Positions 8,828 through 17,330 of a DNA stretch of 64,000 bases are shown here, in pieces. A program made the translations under genes and the position numbers. Source of the DNA: Candidatus Wirthbacteria bacterium. Lineage in GTDB: Bacteria > Patescibacteriota > CG2-30-54-11. The DNA lies in assembly GCA_903889905.1 (NCBI GenBank), contig CAISZI010000053.1, forward strand, positions 10,599 to 74,598, in the 5' to 3' direction. The notes under the pieces are model-generated. The model made no database searches and had not been told where the DNA came from. It was given only the letters and a program-made list of their open reading frames with translations. Each line of letters starts with the position of its first letter. The stretch's first letter is position 1.

Positions 8828-11800
8828 TTAGCCGTTATAACGCAACACTTCGGCGGGACTGATCTGGGCGGCCTGCCGAGAAGGAATGATCGCACCCAGC
8901 AGGGAAAAGATATAACTGAAGGCAAATATGCCAGTTAGTTCCAGCCAGGGAATGGCAAAGGTCATCCCTACATCTGCTTGACTGAGTTGATCACGGAACA
9001 GAAAGTAAGTGATCACAATGCCCAAAATCAGGCCAATAAGTGTGCCGACAATGGCAATGAATGACGTCTCGCCAAAGTAGATGAGCATGATATCGCTGCG
9101 TTTGAAACCAATCGACCGCAGTACGCCAATGTGTTGCTGACGCTCACGGACCGAACGGAGCATAACAATACTCAGACCTGTAATACCAATCAACAGACCG
9201 ATTCCCAGAAAGCCCTGCAGCAGAGTGAAAAACATATCCATGATCCAGACCTGGTCTTTGGTACTCTGCACCACGTCCGTGACATTGCCACCATAGGCGG
9301 CGACGGCTTTGGAAAGATTGAGTAAAAATTGGGTGCGATTTACTTTAGGCTGGATGGCAAGCCAGGCTTCGGTCTGATAATCAACAAGTTTGAGCTGGAG
9401 GGCTGCAATTAATGGGTCACCAGCCACGTAAGTTGAATCATCGTCACTTTTGATCGTGGCAATGACGGTGCGTTCGGTGCACGACGCGCTTTCGGTGCTG
9501 GTGCAGACTTTGAGCTTTTTGCCCACGAGCTGTGGTCCGGGAATATTGGTGGGCGCAGCGCCAGGCATGCCCATATATTCCGTTGACCGCTCAAAAAGAT
9601 TATCCTGGACAATGATACTGAGGGGATCGTCGGTCAGTTTTTTCCAGAGCGCGGCATCGGATAGTTCAGGATGCTGTTTGTTCACTATTTTGGGCAGTTT
9701 GGAACCAAAGCTAGTGATGTAGTGTGTGTTGATGCCGTTGGCCATGGAATAAGACGGGAACTTTGACGAATCGCCTGGAGGTGCCAGTGTCAGATAGAAT
9801 GTCTGTTTGGTCATGGTGTCGCGAACGTCACTGGGATTGATGAATTTGGATTTGGCGAGAATGGTGTTGAGATCGGGCAATGGCGAAGCAGAATCATTGC
9901 TCAAGATCCGATAATCGTAGCCGCCGGTTTGATTGTTGATGGTTGTGTCGAGGGAGACATTGGACATGTATTTGACGATACCGATGGTAGTGACAATGAA
10001 GATGACCAGGGAATACATGATCAGTGTGATACCAGTACGGAAACGTGCATTAAGTGGGTAAGTCACGATCATGCGGATGCTGGATTGAAGCTTTTTGATC
10101 CGGCCCAGTGTATGCGCGAGTGGCCACAGGACAATGCGGTCATTGTTGATCAGGAGGATCGTTGCGGTCAGGATGGAATCGATGGCAATAATGATGAAAA
10201 TGAACGGATTGCCGTAGAAGTTTTTGAGAAAAAGCGAACCCAGATTGGCATAGAGCAGCAGGATTAGACAGGCGATGCTGTTCACGGGACGGGCTGGCAG
10301 CCGATAGTTCAGGAACAATGCCCAGCCCCAGACCAAAAAAGTCAGTCCAAGCATAGAGATGAAATGATTAGCAGCAAAGGCGAAACCCTGGAGAAAAGCC
10401 TGCAGCCCACCAAACATCATCACCAGGCAAACCAGGAAGTTAAACCAGGTGATGCGGCGGGTGGTGGCGCGGTCCTGGATGTCACGAATGGCACGAATGA
10501 TATTGAAGCGACTGATTTGACCGGCAGTCAGGATAATAGCCATGACCGTGATCAGAAAACCGATGCAAAAAGCATTGATCAGGCTGATCGGGCGAGCTTG
10601 AAAGAGGAGATCCGAACTTCCGCCGGTCAGCGCCGTATGGCTGGAGATGTAACTGTAAGCCCCTATCGCCACTCTGGCCAGCACCATGCCAAACAGTGAA
10701 CCGAGGAAGCTAGCCAGCAGTGAATAGGTCAAGCCTTCGGCATAGTAGATCTTGACCAAATCCCCTTGTTTGAGACCAATGGCACGCAAAATACCCATTT
10801 CGGCCTGACGTTCAAAGGCCAGCATGACAAACAGGTTGATGATCAGCATGATCCCAGCCAGCGTGCTGAAAGCGCCTAGAATCAGCAGGACAAAGGTTGT
10901 CATTTTGGCGCCTTCATTGGCGTTTTTGTAGACATCCTGTTTGGTTTGACTGGTGACAAAACTGATGCTTTCGCCGGTTTTGCCCAGTGAAGCATGGATG
11001 TTGTTGAGCTGATTAATGACCAGATCCGTGTTGTCGATGGCGGTTTGGCCGCTGCCCTGGTTGGCAATATAGATGAAGTTGACGGCGTGATCTGGCATAG
11101 CAAGTGGTGCTGACGAGGGAGAACCACCAACACGGGTGTAGGGTCCGTTCATCATGCTGTAATTCCCAGCAGACGAGGGAGGTTCGGTTGATAAAGCGAT
11201 AATATGCTGAGCAACGTTCAGGTTAACAAAGACTTTGGCCGATTCCGAGTTGAAGCCAAACAGGGTGGGGGGAACGTCCCAAAAAGTTTTGGGTTCAAAC
11301 ACCGCTTTGACCGTAAAGTTGTAGGGGGTGTTTTGATAATTAATAACCAGTTTGTCACCGCGACGCGCGTCCAGTGTCGTGGCGATATTATGATCCAGGA
11401 GAATTTCAGTGTCGTCGAGCGTATAGCACTGGTTTGATATCTCAAAATGGCACATCTGCTGCGGGTCGATCCCAATAATCTGCGTTGAAGGGGTGGCAAG
11501 AATGAGGTCACCCGACGCCGCATCAATGTGCTGCACAGGCGCGTCAATGCTGAGCCCATAAAGTAACGAACGGACTTCGGGTAGCGCGGCAATATTTTTG
11601 GTAAAGGGCATGACGGTCGATTCATTCAGGTAGGAGGCAGCGTTGGTGTCGCCAGAAGTACTCATGGGATACAAATTCAGCATTTCGTCACGGTGACCAA
11701 GGGATGAGAGCGATTCGACGCGGATCGTGTTTTCCAGGGTATCGCCAATGATAAACGCTGTGGAGATGGTGGCAGTTCCCAAAATTGCACCCAGAATCAC

Positions 11801-11941
11801 GAGAAAGGTCGTGGCTTTGCGGCGGGAAACATTACGCAGGCCGATTTTGACCAGGAGGCGGTTGCGCAGGTAAACATATAGTAAAATGATGAGGATAATG
11901 CCAACGCCGACCAGAAAAAATGGAGTCCATTCGGGAAACAT
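8828..11941 (-). CDS. ABC transporter permease, double FtsX/MacB domain
   Basis: Two ERxxxxGxLRxIG motifs (ERQAEMGILRAIG, ERQQHIGVLRSIG), large extracytoplasmic loops, C-terminal ISPAEVLR. Confidence 0.9.
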   Translation of the reverse strand: MFPEWTPFFLVGVGIILIILLYVYLRNRLLVKIGLRNVSRRKATTFLVILGAILGTATISTAFIIGDTLENTIRVESLSSLGHRDEMLNLYPMSTSGDTNAASYLNESTVMPFTKNIAALPEVRSLLYGLSIDAPVQHIDAASGDLILATPSTQIIGIDPQQMCHFEISNQCYTLDDTEILLDHNIATTLDARRGDKLVINYQNTPYNFTVKAVFEPKTFWDVPPTLFGFNSESAKVFVNLNVAQHIIALSTEPPSSAGNYSMMNGPYTRVGGSPSSAPLAMPDHAVNFIYIANQGSGQTAIDNTDLVINQLNNIHASLGKTGESISFVTSQTKQDVYKNANEGAKMTTFVLLILGAFSTLAGIMLIINLFVMLAFERQAEMGILRAIGLKQGDLVKIYYAEGLTYSLLASFLGSLFGMVLARVAIGAYSYISSHTALTGGSSDLLFQARPISLINAFCIGFLITVMAIILTAGQISRFNIIRAIRDIQDRATTRRITWFNFLVCLVMMFGGLQAFLQGFAFAANHFISMLGLTFLVWGWALFLNYRLPARPVNSIACLILLLYANLGSLFLKNFYGNPFIFIIIAIDSILTATILLINNDRIVLWPLAHTLGRIKKLQSSIRMIVTYPLNARFRTGITLIMYSLVIFIVTTIGIVKYMSNVSLDTTINNQTGGYDYRILSNDSASPLPDLNTILAKSKFINPSDVRDTMTKQTFYLTLAPPGDSSKFPSYSMANGINTHYITSFGSKLPKIVNKQHPELSDAALWKKLTDDPLSIIVQDNLFERSTEYMGMPGAAPTNIPGPQLVGKKLKVCTSTESASCTERTVIATIKSDDDSTYVAGDPLIAALQLKLVDYQTEAWLAIQPKVNRTQFLLNLSKAVAAYGGNVTDVVQSTKDQVWIMDMFFTLLQGFLGIGLLIGITGLSIVMLRSVRERQQHIGVLRSIGFKRSDIMLIYFGETSFIAIVGTLIGLILGIVITYFLFRDQLSQADVGMTFAIPWLELTGIFAFSYIFSLLGAIIPSRQAAQISPAEVLRYNG

Positions 11942-11967
11942 AGTTGCTCTCGATTAGTGGGCTAAGT

Positions 11968-12663
11968 TCAGTTTTGGGTGTCGGTGGTGATATGGCCGCT
12001 GTGCATACTGATGGTGCGTTTGGCTTTTTGGGCAACAGCGGTGTTGTGGGTCACGATGACAAAGGTTTGGCCCTGTTCCTGGTTGAGTTTGACAAACAGG
12101 TCGGTGATTTCATTGGTCGTTTCGTCATCCAGGTCGCCGGTGGGCTCATCGGCCCAGATAATGCTGGGCGAGTGGATCAGGGCGCGGGCAATGGTGACAC
12201 GCTGGCGCTGGCCACCCGAGAGTTCGGCAGGTTTGTGATTGGCAAAGTCGGCGATACCGATTTGGGCAAAAATTTCCATGACCTTGGCGCGTGCTTTGCG
12301 GGCATTCCAGCCGAGCAGCAGCAGGGGCATTTCGGCGTTTTCGGCCGCGGTGAGGACAGGCATCAAATTGTAAAACTGAAAAATAAAACCCATATGCTTG
12401 GCGCGATGCGCAGTACGGGGATTGTCAGCCATTTTGTGGATGTTTTTGCCGTCAAACAGGACTTCACCCGAGGTAATGTCATCAAGGCCGGAAATGCAGT
12501 TCAGAAGCGAGGTCTTGCCACTGCACGAGGGGCCCATAATGGCAACCATTTCGCCTTTTTCTATCTTGAGGTCCACACCGCGCAGGGCCGGCACCTGGAC
12601 TTTGCCCAGGGTGTAGGTTTTGACCAGCTGTTTGGCATCGACGATGGTTTGTGATTCTGGCAT
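11968..12663 (-). CDS. ABC transporter ATP-binding protein (LolD/MacB-like)
   Basis: GPSCSGKT Walker A, LSGGQRQRV, ADEPTGDLD, VTH. Confidence 0.93.
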   Translation of the reverse strand: MPESQTIVDAKQLVKTYTLGKVQVPALRGVDLKIEKGEMVAIMGPSCSGKTSLLNCISGLDDITSGEVLFDGKNIHKMADNPRTAHRAKHMGFIFQFYNLMPVLTAAENAEMPLLLLGWNARKARAKVMEIFAQIGIADFANHKPAELSGGQRQRVTIARALIHSPSIIWADEPTGDLDDETTNEITDLFVKLNQEQGQTFVIVTHNTAVAQKAKRTISMHSGHITTDTQN

Positions 12664-12800
12664 CGAGATTCCCCATTAAAAAATACTGAGTTAGTATAAA
12701 CAAAATGAACAAAGCCTGACAATGTGTCTTCCCTACGGTATGTCGCAGGCATGGGTTCAAAGACAAATCGCAGTTGTCGGCAAATCCAAGGATTTACATA

Positions 12801-13613
12801 TTATCTTTTTCGTCTTGATCGCCTGAGGGCAGTGCTGAATCGTTCCATAATGCCAGGTGGGCGTTGACTCTCGGGGGTATAAGTGTGTTGCATTGGTTGC
12901 TCTGGAACAGGAGTTGGTTCTGGTTCTCGAAGTCGTGCAGCGTAAATAAGTGCGGTGTAATAATCACGAAGACCATTCGCTATTTCAATGGGATCGAACT
13001 CACAGGTAATTTGGCCTGACACGGCACGCTCTTTATATATGTCTTCATCCGAATATTTTGCTACGCTAACAAGCTCTGCAATATGATGACCCATGAGGGA
13101 GATTTCACTTGCTTCCACTTCATCCCTTTTGGCATATGAAGCAAAATCGACCGGGATTGACCAATGGGTTAATCCCGCCTGAATTAGTGCGGTGACAACA
13201 ACCGAGTCGAATTTTTGACCTAATGCTGCCATTGCTTCGCTGATATAGGCATGCACCTCTTCAACTAAAACATAAGATGAATTGGGATCAAAACGTTGCG
13301 CAAAACCGGTTTCGATTGAAGTTGCTATTGTGTCAAATTGAATCTCGTTGCGAACATTTACTCTATTATAGGCTTCCACTTCTGCAGGATCCATTTTGGC
13401 TGCGGCACCCATTGATAAAGCTTGTTCGATCAGCTCCCGCGCTGCTTTAATTTGCTCATCTTCTGGACTCTCTGCCATGTCGGGCAGGTATTTTTGGGCT
13501 ATGGCAAGTATGCCATCGTATTTACTGGCTCCTGCGTACACCATCGCCAGCAGCGGGTCAGTCAACAGATCCTGTGGGAATGATTGGATTTCAAATTTAT
13601 TTTCAGTAGGCAT
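12801..13613 (-). CDS. Hypothetical protein
   Basis: 270-aa ORF, acidic helical body with a Pro-rich/basic C-terminus; no motif recognised. Confidence 0.7.
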   Translation of the reverse strand: MPTENKFEIQSFPQDLLTDPLLAMVYAGASKYDGILAIAQKYLPDMAESPEDEQIKAARELIEQALSMGAAAKMDPAEVEAYNRVNVRNEIQFDTIATSIETGFAQRFDPNSSYVLVEEVHAYISEAMAALGQKFDSVVVTALIQAGLTHWSIPVDFASYAKRDEVEASEISLMGHHIAELVSVAKYSDEDIYKERAVSGQITCEFDPIEIANGLRDYYTALIYAARLREPEPTPVPEQPMQHTYTPESQRPPGIMERFSTALRRSRRKR

Positions 13614-13641
13614 TGGTTAAACCTTAATAGTTAATAAGCGA

Positions 13642-14658
13642 TTAATGTTCTGGTGAATTGTTTCCCCATTTTCCCCTTTTGTTGGGGGGAACCAGTTTGG
13701 CCAATGCTTCCATAACTTTGGCGTTTGCCATATCCAGGATTTGCCTTGTTTCATGGGTCTGAGCTGCCATAATATCGCTTTGCGAAGCAACGATTGTGCC
13801 ATCTTGAGTTGTCTTGTCAGGGTCACGACTTTGATTGGCACGGCGAGCAAATCTGCTATGCAGGACCGTCTCTCTATCGGTATCGCCAGGATCAACCGAG
13901 AAGGGTTCCCCGATTTTGACACTTACAGGTGGCCTGCGGAAAGCAGTTTTCAAAAGACTGCCAGCGGTGGCATTGCCCAGAATTTCATCGGCTTCGCCAA
14001 TTTGAACCGCAACGGGCAGGATAATCGCATTTTTACCAGCTTTGAATGCTGCAAGCGCAGGCGAGCTTCCAGGTTTGTCGGGCATTATGCCATCTAACAC
14101 AGGCTTATGACCAACAACAACCAACGTTTTGTTTTGTTTTAGGGCGGCTGCCATGCGATCCGTGTCGTCTGGATTGATAATGCCATTGCGAGGCCTTTGT
14201 TCAGCCATATATTGAACGGGTAAAACGTTTGTAGTACCGATTAATCTGACCAGTGGATAGGTTGCATCGTGCGTTCCTTTAAAACCCTCGGAGGTCACGG
14301 CGCCAGTCCAGCCAGTCAAAACGACATCAAAATGATGCCGCAGGGCAGCTGCCGCTGTTACTTCATCACGGTCAGTCAGGTGTGTCGTCACGATGATCAC
14401 TTTGGCCCCCTCAGGAATGCGATCAAGGTTTTCCAGACCTTCGACTTGGGCTTTGCCATTGAGAATTTCGGATACGCGCAGCAAGGCACGCATGCGGTGA
14501 CCCGATGGGGTGGGATGAAAATGGTGTTCTGGCTCAGTGGTCGGTAATGGCTCAGGCTGTTCGGCACTTTGGTCAACGATTGGCTCGGTATTATTAGCAT
14601 CGAGAGCTAACGAGCCATCGGCTGGAGTTAATGCTTCTCGGAAATTGGTTTGTGCCAT
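13642..14658 (-). CDS. PlsC-like lysophospholipid acyltransferase domain protein with disordered N-terminus
   Basis: VEGLENL...IIVTTHLTDRD (HxxxxD motif), AIILPVAV, VSVKIGEPF. Confidence 0.7.
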   Translation of the reverse strand: MAQTNFREALTPADGSLALDANNTEPIVDQSAEQPEPLPTTEPEHHFHPTPSGHRMRALLRVSEILNGKAQVEGLENLDRIPEGAKVIIVTTHLTDRDEVTAAAALRHHFDVVLTGWTGAVTSEGFKGTHDATYPLVRLIGTTNVLPVQYMAEQRPRNGIINPDDTDRMAAALKQNKTLVVVGHKPVLDGIMPDKPGSSPALAAFKAGKNAIILPVAVQIGEADEILGNATAGSLLKTAFRRPPVSVKIGEPFSVDPGDTDRETVLHSRFARRANQSRDPDKTTQDGTIVASQSDIMAAQTHETRQILDMANAKVMEALAKLVPPNKRGKWGNNSPEH

Positions 14659-14694
14659 GTTGAAAACCCTGCAATTCAGGTAATAAAGTATTGT

Positions 14695-14745
14695 TTTATA
14701 CTATAGTTTACCTCATTTGGGTGATTTATACTATAGTTTACCTCA
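14695..14745. repeat. 21-bp direct repeat, two copies, period 30
   Basis: TTTATACTATAGTTTACCTCA at 14695-14715 and 14725-14745. Confidence 0.9.
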
Positions 14746-14799
14746 CCTCATTGACCAGGCGGGCATGGCGTCCGTCCGGGCAAACAGGTGATGAACGTT

Positions 14800-15163
14800 A
14801 ACAACCTGCGGACAAATATCGACCCTCAACTCCGAGCGGAGAAACAGATTATCTAACTGTGGCAGTCTGTTTCTCCGTAAGGAGCACCCCTTTTCACTAA
14901 ATTCAACGAGGGGTGGGAGGGTATATGGCAATTAAAGGAGCTCCTCGTCCGTTAACGGATGAGGAGCAGGTTCGGGCGTCGAACCAGATAGCCAACAATC
15001 TTGGCTATCTGGTCGCAGGAGGATGCAATCTCCTCCTGCGAAATTTCATAATCGGCGCCGTCGGCCTTTTGGCCCTCGGCGCCTTTGTCCTCTACCTCGT
15101 CTCGAGGTAGAGGTCCGCAGGTTGTTGGGGAGCGAGTGGGTAAAACCACTTGCTCCCCGCAAC
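14800..15163 (+). ncRNA. Highly structured RNA element containing a small ORF (multi-hairpin, closed by a 14-bp long-range stem)
   Basis: 14800-14813 is the exact reverse complement of 15113-15126. At least nine local stems lie inside or beside it, with G-U wobbles on the + strand. Confidence 0.7.
14925..15110 (+). CDS. Small membrane protein (61 aa), candidate type I toxin-like peptide
   Basis: GGGAGG RBS just upstream of the ATG; C-terminal hydrophobic helix FIIGAVGLLALGAFVLYLV followed by SR. Confidence 0.6.
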   Translation: MAIKGAPRPLTDEEQVRASNQIANNLGYLVAGGCNLLLRNFIIGAVGLLALGAFVLYLVSR

Positions 15164-15192
15164 TTTGAAATTCAGGAAGTAGTTTTATCATT

Positions 15193-15225
15193 CCAAAAAA
15201 GACCCTAACGTCGGGTCTTTTTTGG
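15193..15225. terminator. Bidirectional intrinsic terminator
   Basis: CCAAAAAAGACCC-taacgtc-GGGTCTTTTTTGG. Confidence 0.85.
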
Positions 15226-15279
15226 TGGTCAGAAGGGCACAAGCATTGTGCTACGGAAAACATATCGGAATTGGGAGGA

Positions 15280-15912
15280 TTAATTGATCGACAGCAACGC
15301 CACTGTAAAGGTCAGTGTCGCATTGGCGGGAATCGTGGGGGGATGCCCTGCAGCGCCGTAGGCGAGATTGCCGGGGATGACCAGCACGCGCTGTTCGCCG
15401 ATTTTCATGCCGGCAACGCCTTCGTCCCAGCCTTTGATCACCTGGCCAGCGCCGAGGTTGAAGCTAAAGGGCTGGTTGCGGTCCACGGATGAGTCGAATT
15501 TGGTGCCGTCCTGCAGCGTGCCGACGTAATGCACAGAAACTTTGTCGCCGGCTTTGGCCACGGCGGTACCGGTGCCTTCTTTGATGATTTGATACTCGAG
15601 TCCTGAGGCGGTGGTCACGGGTGGGCTTTGAGATTGAGTGGGTGAAGTAGTGGAGGGAGCTTGCGTTGTGGGCTGATTGGCATTGAGGTTGGGCATGGAA
15701 TTGTCAGGGGGGAGAGCCGTCGCGTTATTGGTTGATGAACCGGCAGCGAGTTTTTGCAAGCCGTCAACGGTGGTATTGGTCGTCGCGTTGTTGGCGGGTT
15801 TGGTGGAGAGGGAGGAAAGTCCTTTGTCGGTGATGGTGTTGTTACCATCGGAGCAGGCGGTGAGAAGCAATAAACTTAACACCACTGCCGCAAGGGGTAG
15901 TGTTTTGGTCAT
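15280..15912 (-). CDS. FKBP-type peptidyl-prolyl isomerase, lipoprotein
   Basis: Lipobox LTAC, Thr/Asn-rich linker, VHYVGTL, FDSS, VIKGWDEG, LAYG. Confidence 0.93.
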   Translation of the reverse strand: MTKTLPLAAVVLSLLLLTACSDGNNTITDKGLSSLSTKPANNATTNTTVDGLQKLAAGSSTNNATALPPDNSMPNLNANQPTTQAPSTTSPTQSQSPPVTTASGLEYQIIKEGTGTAVAKAGDKVSVHYVGTLQDGTKFDSSVDRNQPFSFNLGAGQVIKGWDEGVAGMKIGEQRVLVIPGNLAYGAAGHPPTIPANATLTFTVALLSIN

Positions 15913-15944
15913 GAATGACTTTCGGTATTTGTTAAAGGATAAAA

Positions 15945-16244
15945 CTAGGCGCGGCGTTCCACTTCAAGCGTGCAATCGGTCGCCAGCGCAATAAAGGCGC
16001 CAATCGCAGCGAGTTCCGGGGCCAGCAAAATGCCGACAGCACCAAAGGTCATGGGGATTTCAAACACGGGTTTGCCCTGGCGTTTGATGATGATGCGGCG
16101 GATATTGCCTTCGCGGATCAGTTCCTTGATTTTGTCGAGAATTTTGCCGGATTCGAGCTTGAATTCTTCGTGCGTGGTTTTGGCTTTTTCCTCGACCTGG
16201 TCGACAGTTTCGTCCACGGCTTTTTTGGTGCGGGTGGTGGCCAT
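15945..16244 (-). CDS. DUF4342 domain protein
   Basis: KIKELIREGNIRRIIIK...IPMTFG...LAPELAAIGAFIAL. Confidence 0.8.
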   Translation of the reverse strand: MATTRTKKAVDETVDQVEEKAKTTHEEFKLESGKILDKIKELIREGNIRRIIIKRQGKPVFEIPMTFGAVGILLAPELAAIGAFIALATDCTLEVERRA

Positions 16245-16337
16245 ATTGGCTCCTAATTAAGTAACTTGGGGTGAGCGTACTATAGCGGAAATGGGGGATT
16301 TTGGATAGGGAATGGTAAGAAACTGTTACGAGCGACA

Positions 16338-16446
16338 GTCATTCTGAGTGTAGCGAAGAATCCTCACTGACCAGTGGAAATGGAAATTGGTTTTTCCACG
16401 AAATTGTTCATTTGTAGTAAGGATGCTTCACTTCGTTCAGCATGAC
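16338..16446. repeat. REP-like inverted pair (GTCAT...ATGAC family)
   Basis: GTCATTCTGAG..CGAAGAATCCT / AGGATGCTTC..TTCAGCATGAC. Confidence 0.75.
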
Positions 16447-16467
16447 GATGAGGCCATCCGTTTGGTA

Positions 16468-16779
16468 CTAGTGTTTAGCAAGTAAATGCACAAACGACGG
16501 CCCAACTTTGCAGGGTAGAATATCAATCTGGTCCCAGACTTTGCCGACGACATAGGGTTCGACTTGGAGCCAGGCATCGAGTTCTGCTCTGGTTTGGTAC
16601 TCACAGATCATGGCCGACCCGTTCATCTTGCCAGCGTCATCAAGCAGTGCCACGGCCATGATCTGGTTGCCGGTAATGATCAGTTTGTCACTCATGGCAA
16701 TATGGTCGGCGCGGATGGCCAGCCTGCGGGTTAATGCTGCCGGATCGGTGAAATCGTAGGCAATGACCAGAAATTGCAT
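16468..16779 (-). CDS. YciI family protein
   Basis: MQFLVIAYD...RRLAIRADH...GSAMICEY...EPYV; ATG at 16779 with a GGAG RBS. Confidence 0.85.
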   Translation of the reverse strand: MQFLVIAYDFTDPAALTRRLAIRADHIAMSDKLIITGNQIMAVALLDDAGKMNGSAMICEYQTRAELDAWLQVEPYVVGKVWDQIDILPCKVGPSFVHLLAKH

Positions 16780-16856
16780 GGCATCTCCTAATCTAAAGCC
16801 GGAATTTGGTATACTGAATGTAGTCGCTCCGCCATTCTTCGTCAAATCGAAGCAAC

Positions 16857-17330
16857 ATGAACAAAAACATCCAACATCTGATTGACCATTATCACAAAGA
16901 AAAACTGCCACTCGCGGCGCTTTTGGCGGCGATCGAGGATGTGCAGGGCATGATTGGCGAAGGCGATATTGCCTTGGTGGCCACTGCTTTTGACTTGCCG
17001 CGGGAGGATGTGCAGGCATTTGTGAACAAAGCTCTCTACCTGCATACCGAGCTGGTGGGCAAATTTGAAATCCGGTTTTGCCGTGGCACTCCGTGCGCCA
17101 TGCAGGATAGCGCCGACATTTTGAAAGCGGTGGAAGACTTTTTGACGATTGAGGTGGGCGACATCACCGCAGATGGCCAATTCAGCCTGGAATACACCAA
17201 CTGCCTCGGCATGTGCGATGAAGGGCCGGCGATGATGATCAACGATCGGCGTTATGGATTCTTGACGCCAAAAAGAGCAGTTAGAATTTTGCAGGAAATC
17301 AAGGAGGCGAACACGCATGTGCACCCTTGA
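16857..17330 (+). CDS. NuoE/HoxE-like 2Fe-2S thioredoxin-fold subunit
   Basis: CRGTPC...CLGMCDEGPAMMIN; all four cluster cysteines are present. Confidence 0.88.
   Translation: MNKNIQHLIDHYHKEKLPLAALLAAIEDVQGMIGEGDIALVATAFDLPREDVQAFVNKALYLHTELVGKFEIRFCRGTPCAMQDSADILKAVEDFLTIEVGDITADGQFSLEYTNCLGMCDEGPAMMINDRRYGFLTPKRAVRILQEIKEANTHVHP

Noticed and set aside
11968-12663. Inactive ATPase because Walker A reads GPSCSGKT
   Set aside because: It still fits GxxxxGKT, and the signature, Walker B and H-loop are intact.
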